Positions 23,774 to 31,510 of a DNA stretch of 64,000 nucleotides are shown one piece after another. Numbering within the stretch: the first letter of the stretch is position 1; each line of letters begins with the position of its first letter. The translations under genes were made by a program, and so were the position numbers. Origin of the DNA: a virus; IMG/VR virus record IMGVR_UViG_3300037095_000059; one strand, written 5' to 3'. Below the pieces are notes generated by a model. The model was not told the DNA's origin, ran no database searches, and worked only from the letters and a program-made list of their open reading frames with translations.

Positions 23774-24055
23774 TTGGAAAACTTAACTTTCGACATCGAG
23801 CCGGAGGACATAAACATACCCGAACTATGCCCAATTTTAGGTGTCAGGCTAAAATCTAATGTTGGTGGCCACATGAAAACGAACAGTCCGTCATTAGATA
23901 GAATTATTCCGGAATTGGGATATGTTCGAGGAAATATAGAGGTGATAAGCCGCCGAGCGAACACCATAAAAAATGACGGAACTGCTGAAGAGCATCGGAA
24001 AATAGCAGACCATATCGACTCGTTCGTGGTAAAATGTATCAAGGAGGGGTTATGA
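23774..24055 (+). CDS. HNH endonuclease (small, free-standing)
   Basis: CPILG ... SPSLDRIIPELGYVRGNIEVISRRANTIKN is a His-Me finger signature. TTG start. Confidence 0.8.
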   Translation: MENLTFDIEPEDINIPELCPILGVRLKSNVGGHMKTNSPSLDRIIPELGYVRGNIEVISRRANTIKNDGTAEEHRKIADHIDSFVVKCIKEGL

Positions 24056-24153
24056 ACACGGACACGATAATAGACCTGGCTCTGTGCGCTCTGAGCCTAG
24101 CCGTGCTTATCTGGTATTGGAAGCGCGGCGACTGGGAGGGCTGGGGGTGGTGA
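24052..24153 (+). CDS. small membrane peptide (33 aa), candidate
   Basis: ATGA overlap with the HNH stop. Hydrophobic core IIDLALCALSLAVLIWYW. Confidence 0.35.
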   Translation: MNTDTIIDLALCALSLAVLIWYWKRGDWEGWGW

Positions 24154-24281
24154 TGAGAAAACTCTGGTACGTCCTTAAAAAACTGATAGATGGGGGATAC
24201 GACCGACCCCAGCACCAGCCAGGCACCGACCCAAACTGCCCGTTTTGTCAAGAAATGAAGCGCACTAAGGAGTCCAGATAA
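24153..24281 (+). CDS. small protein (42 aa), candidate
   Basis: TGATG overlap with the upstream stop. A CPFC pair is present. The stop is the TAA of the motif copy at 24272. Confidence 0.35.
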   Translation: MRKLWYVLKKLIDGGYDRPQHQPGTDPNCPFCQEMKRTKESR

Positions 24282-24286
24282 TGGAC
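24272..24286 (+). repeat. dispersed motif, exact
   Basis: gtccagataatggac. TAA is the stop of CDS 24153..24281. The overlapping ATG is the start of the helicase C-fragment. Confidence 0.9.
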
Positions 24287-25132
24287 AGTACGGCCATACT
24301 TTCGAGGACCAATCTCGGCCTCCGCCCCTTCGAGCAGGCGCTGACCGAGGCGGGGGTGCCCTATCACCTAGTTGGGAAGTCCGGTTTCTGGAGTCAGCCG
24401 GAGGTCCGCGTCGGCCTGGCCTTTCTCCAGGCCGCCGTCTACCCCTCGGACTACGCTCTCGGAACCTGCATAAGAAGTCCGTTTTGGATCGCCAAGTTTC
24501 TGCCCAAAGCTAGACTTATGGAGGCCCTGAAAAAGGAAAAGGACCTCAACAACGTTTCGTATTGGAACTCCTTGGTTGCCGCCCGAGGATTTTTAGTTGA
24601 CGCAAAGAATCAAGAAGCACTGACCAACTTTACGTCCTTCATCCACTCGCTGAGTCGATACAAAAGCCTGGCCGCCGCTGATGCCTTCAAGCAAATCCTG
24701 GGGGCCCTCCGAGCCGGGGACTACTATTCCGAAGAAGAGGCAAGCCCAGACAATGATCCTCTAGGAAATTTGGCAGAATTGAGCAAGCTCGCCTCCCGGT
24801 TTCAGACTATCAAGGAGTTTTTGGACTACTGCCGGAAAGTGACCGCCGCTTCTAAGAGCCGCAAGGGCGTTGCCTTGTCTACGGTGCACAGCTTCAAGGG
24901 GTCCGAGGCGGACGTAATTTATGTCGTTGGGGTGTCTGACGGAGTGCTCCCGCATTCCAAGGCGACTGATCTTCAAGAAGAGCGGAATATCTGGTTCACG
25001 GCTTGCTCGCGCCCCCGTCACCGGCTCGTGATAACGTACAGCGGGCCCCCCTCCCCCTTCCTAAAAGGGATGAAGTGTGTTATAATGGAACCTGAGAAGG
25101 AGCAAAAGGATGCAAACCAAACCCATGTTTAA
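24281..25132 (+). CDS. UvrD/Rep/PcrA-type helicase, C-terminal fragment (motifs IV-VI)
   Basis: ILSRTN...FEQAL...GVPYHLVG...F....EV..GLAFL and TVHSFKGSEADVIYVVG continue exactly where the N-fragment stops. Confidence 0.85.
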   Translation: MDSTAILSRTNLGLRPFEQALTEAGVPYHLVGKSGFWSQPEVRVGLAFLQAAVYPSDYALGTCIRSPFWIAKFLPKARLMEALKKEKDLNNVSYWNSLVAARGFLVDAKNQEALTNFTSFIHSLSRYKSLAAADAFKQILGALRAGDYYSEEEASPDNDPLGNLAELSKLASRFQTIKEFLDYCRKVTAASKSRKGVALSTVHSFKGSEADVIYVVGVSDGVLPHSKATDLQEERNIWFTACSRPRHRLVITYSGPPSPFLKGMKCVIMEPEKEQKDANQTHV

Positions 25133-25664
25133 CTTTGGAGACTATGTCTACCACGCTTATCTTGAGGCCAGTACAAAGTGGGTTCCCTGTGTGAGTTGCT
25201 CTGGCTCGGGGTATTTGACCATCATTCTCAACGGAGAAACCTTTACCATCGACTGCGAGGACTGCAAACGAGGGTATGAAGGCTCGAACGGAAGCAGAAG
25301 CGGTTACACCTTTGAACCAGCCACCAGAGAGGGGCGCATCTGCGGAGTAGAAAAACAAACCTATGAACCCTTCGACTTCGAGTATCGAATCTCCGCCGGA
25401 AGTAACAGTTCTTGGGTCCTGAAAGAGCCCGATGTCTTCGCTACCGAGGAAGAAGCTCTGGCACGAGCCGAAGAGTTGAAGACGAAAAGCGAAGCAGAAG
25501 AAGCCAAACGCCTTCTCTCCAAGACTAAACCGGACAAAACATGGGCTTGGCATGTCCGCTACTATCAGGGACAGATCAGGGAGGCGCAAAAGACAATCGA
25601 GCGAGCAACTATCCAACTCGACTCCGCCAAGCGGCACGCCAAGGAGAAGACCGATGTTTCCTGA
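25110..25664 (+). CDS. hypothetical protein with CxxCxGxG-type zinc motif
   Basis: AAGGAG precedes the ATG. CVSCSGSGY ... CEDCKRG. Confidence 0.6.
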   Translation: MQTKPMFNFGDYVYHAYLEASTKWVPCVSCSGSGYLTIILNGETFTIDCEDCKRGYEGSNGSRSGYTFEPATREGRICGVEKQTYEPFDFEYRISAGSNSSWVLKEPDVFATEEEALARAEELKTKSEAEEAKRLLSKTKPDKTWAWHVRYYQGQIREAQKTIERATIQLDSAKRHAKEKTDVS

Positions 25665-25986
25665 ACCTGACAGCATCTGGCACAAGTATCCTTTGATGGC
25701 CAAGCTGGAAAAGATTATGCCCAAGAAACCGAAGGAGGGGCCCGACGACCCGTGGATGTTCAGAGTCCAATATGAGCCCATCCGGATCAGCGCCGAAGCA
25801 TTTGTCCATTACCTGGACAGCGACCTACCTACGAACGAAAAAGAGCTTCGAGATGTCTTGTGGGTTTTCGGAGAACTCCTCTGCGGGTATATGGAAAAAA
25901 TGCTCAACCAGTCCTTCAAAATCGCAGATGATTTAGCCGCTTGCACAATCAACCCCGTCCGGATAATGGACAAGGAGTCTCAATGA
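25654..25986 (+). CDS. hypothetical protein
   Basis: AGGAGAAG precedes ATG 25654. It contains two motif copies (25804 and 25957). Confidence 0.55.
   Translation: MFPEPDSIWHKYPLMAKLEKIMPKKPKEGPDDPWMFRVQYEPIRISAEAFVHYLDSDLPTNEKELRDVLWVFGELLCGYMEKMLNQSFKIADDLAACTINPVRIMDKESQ
25804..25818 (-). repeat. dispersed motif, exact (reverse)
   Basis: gtccattacctggac inside CDS 25654..25986 (codes VHYLD). Confidence 0.9.
25957..25971 (+). repeat. dispersed motif, exact
   Basis: gtccggataatggac in the last codons of CDS 25654..25986 (VRIMD). AAGGAG and ATG 25983 follow. Confidence 0.9.
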
Positions 25987-26198
25987 AACGCTTAGTCATC
26001 GACGGCACCAAACCCGGACCCCTCGACCTGCGGATAGAGGACAACAACTCTCCCTGGGGCTGGTTTCTGAGGAGACACATGCTGATGCAACCCGACGAGT
26101 TCCACGAACTGATCCTGCAAGGGAGCGACAAGTTTGTGGACTTCTTGAAAGAAGTAGTAGACTACGGATGTGGAGGAAAACATGACCTGGTGGAATAA
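25983..26198 (+). CDS. hypothetical protein
   Basis: ATGA overlap with the upstream stop, in the frame of ORF 25941..26198. Confidence 0.55.
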   Translation: MKRLVIDGTKPGPLDLRIEDNNSPWGWFLRRHMLMQPDEFHELILQGSDKFVDFLKEVVDYGCGGKHDLVE

Positions 26199-26625
26199 AA
26201 AGCCGAAGAAAGAACCCGAGACAGAAGAATCATTTCAGTCGGGATATGCTTGTTTGACAAATCACCACGTTCTTAGGACGGCCTGGGCGGTTTCCCCAAC
26301 ACCCAAAAACCCTTGGATAGTTTGCCCGGACTGCGGAGATTGTATGAAACCGGCAGTCCTCCGAATAGTCGAACACGCACAGAAAGGAGGGTGGTTGCGG
26401 GAGGTGCCTTTGAGTGTAGAATTTGTCCGTTACCTGGACGAACCCAAACCCGAAAAGAAACCCAAAAGTGTGGCTCAGTACGAGTTGTGGCTGATCGAAG
26501 TTGAAAAGTACCTTCGTCGTTCCTTGTACCGGACAGAGATGTGCTTGGCCGCCGGGCTCTACACACAACCATCTACTGCGAAAGATGCGGCGGCGGAGAT
26601 TCGGAGATTGAGAGGGAAAAAATGA
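26182..26625 (+). CDS. hypothetical protein
   Basis: GGAGGA precedes ATG 26182. A CPDCGDC pair is present. Confidence 0.55.
   Translation: MTWWNKKPKKEPETEESFQSGYACLTNHHVLRTAWAVSPTPKNPWIVCPDCGDCMKPAVLRIVEHAQKGGWLREVPLSVEFVRYLDEPKPEKKPKSVAQYELWLIEVEKYLRRSLYRTEMCLAAGLYTQPSTAKDAAAEIRRLRGKK
26425..26439 (-). repeat. dispersed motif, 1-mismatch variant (reverse)
   Basis: gtccgttacctggac inside CDS 26182..26625 (VRYLD). Confidence 0.6.
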
Positions 26626-26828
26626 GCCTGTGCGCCTCGCATTGGAAACCAACCGGGGAATGCGATTGCCCTTTTACGGGCTTTTGTTGTGAATGCGGGT
26701 CCCCTTGTAAGGACCACGATCTTGTTGGGAACGCTACAGAGCAGGACGGCCTGGGCGAGTGGCCAAAACATTGGTGTAACAACTGTATTAACACGCACCT
26801 AGAAGAAGATGCAAGGAGTAACGCATGA
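26622..26828 (+). CDS. small Cys-rich protein
   Basis: ATGA overlap with the upstream stop. Multiple Cys (CDCPFTGFCCECGSPC). Confidence 0.5.
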   Translation: MSLCASHWKPTGECDCPFTGFCCECGSPCKDHDLVGNATEQDGLGEWPKHWCNNCINTHLEEDARSNA

Positions 26829-28012
26829 GTTTTCTGTACACCAGCGCCTCGGGGCGGGAAGTCGCCCACGGGTCTTCGTCGTCATTGGATCAGTTCCGGT
26901 TCTGCCGCCGCAAGTTCCGGCTGTCCCGCGTAGACGGGTGGAAGGAAAAGGCTAAGAAAGCCAGTTTGGAATTTGGAAAGTGCATCGAGGCCGCGATCCA
27001 GTTCTACTGCGACAACGGGAAGAAACCAGGAGAAGCTACTTCGGAATTCGAGCGCCTGTGGCTCAAGTGGTCCGATAACAAGGAACTGGTCTACACCGCC
27101 CAGGAGAACAACTGGTTCGATCTCTACACGATGGGCAAGGAGATGACTAAGCTCTTCGAGATTCTGCTCCCGACCCTGCCCATCAGGAATCCGAAGTGGC
27201 AGCTACAATTCTTGAAGAAGCTGTGGCCCGGGACCGACCTGGACGACCTGGAATTCATGGCATACATCGACTTGCTGTCTACCCTGGAAGACGGATCACG
27301 CTTGGTGCTCGACATCAAAACCGCAAAATCTGCTTTGGAAGCAGACCCTAAGTTGTTGACTATGGACGGACAACTTCGAAAATATGCGTGGGTTACAGGA
27401 TGCCGGGACGTGGGATTCCTCAATTTCGTGAAGGCCGGGAATCCAAACGAGTTCCGCAAAGGAACGGTAGTAACTCTGCTTTCGGACGTTCGAGAACTTG
27501 GGTGGGACGCCGGACGACCTTTGGTAGTAGTAAAAACCGAGGAGATAACCGACCCCCTTGTCAACAGCAAGCTCGCTCTCGTCGTTGGGGTCGCCGAAGA
27601 TGTCCGGATAATGGACGAAGCCTTGGAGCAGATAAAAGGAAAGGGAAGCACCGAAGCCAAATCCCAAGTGTTGGCGGACTACCTGTTGGAAGGAAAGTTG
27701 TGTAAAGTAACCCGCGAATCCGTGACCCGCGTAAAAATCCAACTGGTGAAAGGCACAATACCCGAAGAAGAAATGGCCGAGATCGGGCAGCAGATTGGTA
27801 CGGACATGATGGCAATCCGAGAAGCCTCTAAGTCCAATGCTTTCTTTATGGATGGCGGTACGAGATTTCCGAACGCAATCTGTGTATGGTGTTCCTTCAA
27901 TTCTATCTGCCTTCGAGACAACAAGAGGCGCGATGAAACTTTAGTCAAGATCGGTCCCGCAGCAAAAGAGGATGACTGGCTTACCGAATTAGAAGCCGGG
28001 GAGGAAGAATAA
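26825..28012 (+). CDS. PD-(D/E)XK nuclease, Cas4/RecB-like with Fe-S cysteine cluster
   Basis: YIDLL...LVLDIKTAK (D...D-x-K), QLRKY (QhxxY), an N-terminal Cys plus C-terminal CVWCSFNSIC. Confidence 0.75.
   Translation: MSFLYTSASGREVAHGSSSSLDQFRFCRRKFRLSRVDGWKEKAKKASLEFGKCIEAAIQFYCDNGKKPGEATSEFERLWLKWSDNKELVYTAQENNWFDLYTMGKEMTKLFEILLPTLPIRNPKWQLQFLKKLWPGTDLDDLEFMAYIDLLSTLEDGSRLVLDIKTAKSALEADPKLLTMDGQLRKYAWVTGCRDVGFLNFVKAGNPNEFRKGTVVTLLSDVRELGWDAGRPLVVVKTEEITDPLVNSKLALVVGVAEDVRIMDEALEQIKGKGSTEAKSQVLADYLLEGKLCKVTRESVTRVKIQLVKGTIPEEEMAEIGQQIGTDMMAIREASKSNAFFMDGGTRFPNAICVWCSFNSICLRDNKRRDETLVKIGPAAKEDDWLTELEAGEEE
27602..27616 (+). repeat. dispersed motif, exact
   Basis: gtccggataatggac inside the nuclease gene (VRIMD). 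Confidence 0.9.
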
Positions 28013-28332
28013 TGTTCACACGACTCAGAAACGCTTGGGCAGTTCTCCGGAGCAAAACGGTTATGCCACAAAGCATCTATGTCTACCCCGCCGAGCATAA
28101 CCCGAACAACCCCTTTCTGCCCGACCCAGAGTTCGACAAACGCTTTTGGGCGGCCTGGCCGCGCTGGCATTTTATCAACTGTTGGAAAAGCTACCAAGGA
28201 CTCCGTAGCTTTAGCTTATTGGGGGTGTGGCGGGCTAAAGGAGGTTCTTTCGGCCTGAACCTGTTTAATTTTGCGGTCGAGTTTAACCCTCACCACAAGG
28301 AGAACCGAAAGGATTTCAAAACATGCGCGTAG
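28012..28332 (+). CDS. hypothetical protein
   Basis: TAATG junction with the upstream gene. ORF-track ORF. Confidence 0.5.
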   Translation: MFTRLRNAWAVLRSKTVMPQSIYVYPAEHNPNNPFLPDPEFDKRFWAAWPRWHFINCWKSYQGLRSFSLLGVWRAKGGSFGLNLFNFAVEFNPHHKENRKDFKTCA

Positions 28333-29090
28333 TTCTCATAAGCGACACGCACGGCCAGCACCGGAAATTTGCAATCCCGGAGGGAGACGTTTTGATCCAC
28401 GCAGGGGACTTCATGTACTCCGGACGATACATGATGGAGATCAGTGACTTCAACGATTGGCTGGGCTCCCTCCCACACAAGCATAAAGTTGTGGTGGCAG
28501 GAAATCACGACATCCTGTTTGAAACGCAGCACGGTTCTCGGGCTCTGTTGACCAACGCAACCTACTTGGAAAACTCCGGGGCGGTGATTGAGGGGCTCAA
28601 ATTTTGGGGTTCCCCCGTCCAACCGGAGTTTAACGACTGGGCATTCAACGTAAAAAGAGGGCAGGACATTAAGAAATACTGGGATATGATCCCCGACGAC
28701 ACCGACGTTCTGATTACGCACGGTCCTCCGTGGGGACTGCTAGATCAGATTCGTCCGGGACGGGAAGTTGAGCATCTGGGTTGCGGGGAGTTGCTCAAAG
28801 CTGTCCGCCGAATCAAACCAAAGCTGCATGTCTTCGGGCACATCCACGGGGGGTATGGGACGTTCAAAGAAGGACCCACCCAATTTGTAAATGCTTCTCT
28901 CTTGAATGAAGCATACAAGCCGGTGAATGCTCCAATTGTAGTAGACTTTCAAAGCGAGAAAGACTTGGTAGCCAAACTCCCCGCGTTTCCCCTCCCCCGG
29001 CAGAAAGAACTTACGGATCGGGAGCTTGCGCTGTTGGTTGACATGCTGACCGAAGAACCGAAAATTGTGGGCGGGAAGTTGTCCGAATAG
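28323..29090 (+). CDS. calcineurin-like metallophosphoesterase (1 of 2)
   Basis: ISDTHG, HAGDF, GNHD, THGPP, GHIHG are the canonical MPE motifs. It ends ...KLSE. Confidence 0.8.
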   Translation: MRVVLISDTHGQHRKFAIPEGDVLIHAGDFMYSGRYMMEISDFNDWLGSLPHKHKVVVAGNHDILFETQHGSRALLTNATYLENSGAVIEGLKFWGSPVQPEFNDWAFNVKRGQDIKKYWDMIPDDTDVLITHGPPWGLLDQIRPGREVEHLGCGELLKAVRRIKPKLHVFGHIHGGYGTFKEGPTQFVNASLLNEAYKPVNAPIVVDFQSEKDLVAKLPAFPLPRQKELTDRELALLVDMLTEEPKIVGGKLSE

Positions 29091-29596
29091 TGGCAAACAT
29101 ATTCTTCATCTCGGATACCCATTTCGGACATGCGGGGATTCTTTCCTTCAAGAAAGAGGATGGTTCTCCCCTTCGGCACTTTGCTTCTGTCCAGGAAATG
29201 GACCAACACACCATCGACCGATGGAACTCCGTCGTGCGCCCGCAGGACCATGTCTACCATTTGGGCGATGTGGCAATGAAGAAGTCATGTTTGGAGACGA
29301 TCTCCCGCTGCAACGGACATCTACGCCTGGTGAGGGGAAACCACGACATATTCCCTACCAAAGAATATCTGAAGTTCTTCGACGAAATCTACGGGGTGCG
29401 CGTGCTCGACGGCATGATTTTCACCCACATACCGATCCATCCCGAGAGCCTGGGACGGTTCAAGGCCAACGTACACGGCCATACCCACGGATCGCCTTAC
29501 GGAAAGTTCGGGCCCCGGTACATCCATGTCAGCGTCGAGGCCGTGGACTACGTTCCGGTTTCGCTGGAAGATTTGAAACTGAGGTTGTCCGAATAA
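29090..29596 (+). CDS. calcineurin-like metallophosphoesterase (2 of 2)
   Basis: The GTG start overlaps the upstream TAG (TAGTG). ISDTHFGH, HLGD, GNHD, HGHTH. It ends ...RLSE with its stop in the motif at 29587. Confidence 0.8.
   Translation: MANIFFISDTHFGHAGILSFKKEDGSPLRHFASVQEMDQHTIDRWNSVVRPQDHVYHLGDVAMKKSCLETISRCNGHLRLVRGNHDIFPTKEYLKFFDEIYGVRVLDGMIFTHIPIHPESLGRFKANVHGHTHGSPYGKFGPRYIHVSVEAVDYVPVSLEDLKLRLSE
29189..29203 (+). repeat. dispersed motif, 1-mismatch variant
   Basis: gtccaggaaatggac inside MPE gene 2 (VQEMD). Confidence 0.6.
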
Positions 29597-29601
29597 TGGA
29601 C
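29587..29601 (+). repeat. dispersed motif, exact
   Basis: gtccgaataatggac. TAA is the stop of CDS 29090..29596. AGGAG and ATG 29612 follow. Confidence 0.9.
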
Positions 29602-29611
29602 AGGAGAACAG

Positions 29612-30013
29612 ATGCCAGCCAGAGTAGTTGATGGAGACGCAATCTACCTCTCCGGAAAAGTCAAAGCCTTGAAGCCAGAACACCGGGCAGAGTATTCGTA
29701 CCTGATCCCCCTGGCCGAGGCTAATGGTGTGTTCGAAGCAGACCCTAACAGAATCTGGGCCAAGGCTTACGCATACCTGCGGGATGGGATTGATCCGGGA
29801 TGGGTCCGGGACTTGCTTGAAGACTTTAAGAGTGTTGATTTGCTCCGCACATGGGAAGAAAATGGAAAGATTTGGGGGTGGTGGACCGGGATTGACAAGA
29901 CAGGGAGGCTCCCTTCCAAGAAACATTTGGACCGATACAAGAACCTACCGCCAAGTGCCCCCCTTTCAGTAACTTCCGACTGTCCGGGAGAGTCCGGGAC
30001 TGGTCCGGAGTAG
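29612..30013 (+). CDS. hypothetical protein
   Basis: ORF-track ORF with a good SD. The 3' end carries three GTCCGG half-motifs. Confidence 0.55.
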   Translation: MPARVVDGDAIYLSGKVKALKPEHRAEYSYLIPLAEANGVFEADPNRIWAKAYAYLRDGIDPGWVRDLLEDFKSVDLLRTWEENGKIWGWWTGIDKTGRLPSKKHLDRYKNLPPSAPLSVTSDCPGESGTGPE

Positions 30014-30020
30014 TCCCGCT

Positions 30021-30060
30021 AGGATTGGTATTGGTTTGGTATAGGATTGGTAAGGATAGG
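30021..30060. repeat. iteron-like direct repeats
   Basis: AGGATTGGTA at 30021 and 30043 (22-bp phasing), a partial AGGATAGG at 30053, and TTGGT(A/T)T in between. It lies in a 103-bp intergenic gap. Confidence 0.5.
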
Positions 30061-30116
30061 AACGGAGCCTGCGGCGCTCTTTTTCAAAAACTTTTTAAGA
30101 CGGACAAGGAGAAGAA

Positions 30117-30746
30117 ATGAAAATCAAGAAAGAACTTCAAGCAGTGTGTGCAGGATTTGGGGTTAAGGCCGGGGGCTACCAATCGACCTGGGAGGAGATT
30201 CAAACGCTGGCGACCGTCCACTCGGTCGGGGCTGTTGTCAGAGACTTCGAGGATTGGATGCAGGAGTACCGGGGTGACGATTTCCCGCAGGGGGCCGTCT
30301 CGAAGTACCTCCACGTCGCTGCGGAGCGCCTGGGGGCCGATTCTTCCCCCGCAGCAGCCTCTCTGAAGTCCCCAGAGGTAGTTTCCCTTGTCCGGGAGCT
30401 TGTCTACGCAGCAGACGGCCAACTGAGCTTCATAGACAAGCAAAAGATTCGACTAGCGGAAGTCCTGAAAGAGTTCTCGCAGGAAGAAGTGGTCTCCGTC
30501 TTCAAGACCTGGCTCAAGGACCAAGACCTGACCGACGCCAAAAACCTATCGTTTGCCCCGGGGAAGTTCGTCCAGGTAGTGGACAGCTTCGCCTACTGTG
30601 CCCGAAGGCGGAGGGAAGAAGCCAAGCGGACGGCGGTTCTTCGAGAAGCGGCAGTTGCCCAACTCCAGGCCCAGGCCGAAGAAGAGAGAGCGGAGTCCGA
30701 GAAGAAGAAAATGGCGGAAGACTCTCAGTTTGACCCTTTGGCTTGA
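30117..30746 (+). CDS. hypothetical protein
   Basis: AAGGAGAAG precedes the ATG. ORF-track ORF. Confidence 0.55.
   Translation: MKIKKELQAVCAGFGVKAGGYQSTWEEIQTLATVHSVGAVVRDFEDWMQEYRGDDFPQGAVSKYLHVAAERLGADSSPAAASLKSPEVVSLVRELVYAADGQLSFIDKQKIRLAEVLKEFSQEEVVSVFKTWLKDQDLTDAKNLSFAPGKFVQVVDSFAYCARRRREEAKRTAVLREAAVAQLQAQAEEERAESEKKKMAEDSQFDPLA
30570..30584 (+). repeat. dispersed motif, 1-mismatch variant
   Basis: gtccaggtagtggac inside CDS 30117..30746. Confidence 0.6.
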
Positions 30747-30754
30747 AAATAGTT

Positions 30755-30769
30755 GTCCGGGTAATGGAT
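30755..30769 (+). repeat. dispersed motif, 1-mismatch variant
   Basis: gtccgggtaatggat. It is intergenic and occupies the -35 to spacer region of the promoter at 30773-30783. Confidence 0.6.
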
Positions 30770-30772
30770 TTC

Positions 30773-30783
30773 TGTGGTATAAT
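30773..30783 (+). promoter_or_regulatory. extended -10 promoter (TGTGGTATAAT)
   Basis: A perfect TGTGGTATAAT lies 20 nt upstream of AGGAGG/ATG 30804. A TTGTCC -35-like hexamer overlaps the motif. Confidence 0.5.
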
Positions 30784-30803
30784 GAGTTTTGTAGGAGGTA
30801 ACC

Positions 30804-31019
30804 ATGAAATACGAAAACGTGAAACAAGCGATCATCGAGGCACACACCTTCATAGACAAGGCCACCGACCTTCTTATCTTGACGGACAAAGAGGGCCTGA
30901 ACAACCTTGACACCGTGGTCCAGGGGTCCGGCGCGGCCTCAACCCGAAGGGCCTCCCTCGAACTTACTAAAGCTCTCGCACGGATGCGAGCTTCGGACTG
31001 GGTGGAGGTGGGGGCATGA
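30804..31019 (+). CDS. hypothetical protein
   Basis: AGGAGG lies 6 nt before the ATG. Confidence 0.5.
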   Translation: MKYENVKQAIIEAHTFIDKATDLLILTDKEGLNNLDTVVQGSGAASTRRASLELTKALARMRASDWVEVGA

Positions 31020-31189
31020 GCGGATTCGACAAGAAGTCCAACGCAAATTTCATCAACGACGTTGTGAACCAGGACCTCCTGGACACAGCCGTTGTCTGGA
31101 TCGGGGACAACCTCCAACCGGAAGATGTGTTTTCCCAGAGAGAGCTTGAAGACTGGGCGTTCGCCGACGGATTTAGGAAATTCGAGTAG
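31016..31189 (+). CDS. small acidic protein (57 aa), candidate
   Basis: ATGA overlap with the upstream stop. It is below the ORF-track cut-off. It fills an otherwise empty gap. Confidence 0.4.
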   Translation: MSGFDKKSNANFINDVVNQDLLDTAVVWIGDNLQPEDVFSQRELEDWAFADGFRKFE

Positions 31190-31198
31190 GAGGAAGAG

Positions 31199-31510
31199 AT
31201 GAATCAGCAAGATTGGGTCGAAAAGTTCAAAGCAATTCGCGCTCTCAGCCCCCTCGATACGGGATTGTTTATGCGGAACGACGGAAGTTGGTATTTTCTC
31301 CAACACGGTGTCGAACGCAAAGAAGGCGGGTGCTCAAGCAGTGGATATGAGGCCGGGAGTTGCCCAGAACAAGCGACACACCAACGGTGGGCCTGGCTTA
31401 CCAATCCGAAGTATTACCTTGTCCTTAATTCCTCTCGGGAAAACCGCAGGGCCGTCCGGTGGAACAGTTTCATGTGGGAAGATGTTGTAGAGGAGAAGCG
31501 GGTTGACTGA
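31199..31510 (+). CDS. hypothetical protein
   Basis: AGGAGGAAG precedes the ATG. Confidence 0.55.
   Translation: MNQQDWVEKFKAIRALSPLDTGLFMRNDGSWYFLQHGVERKEGGCSSSGYEAGSCPEQATHQRWAWLTNPKYYLVLNSSRENRRAVRWNSFMWEDVVEEKRVD

Larger units (their letters stand above)
23737..24280 (+). mobile_element. HNH endonuclease cassette splitting the helicase gene
   Basis: A 544-bp AT-richer insert between the helicase halves. It carries an HNH ORF plus two coupled mini-ORFs and has no motif copy in its interior. Confidence 0.65.

Noticed and set aside
22705-25132. An intein interrupting the helicase
   Set aside because: The insert is not in frame with the helicase. A stop follows GEV, the HNH gene has a separate start, and two more stops follow. 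No intein splicing-block residues are visible at the junctions.
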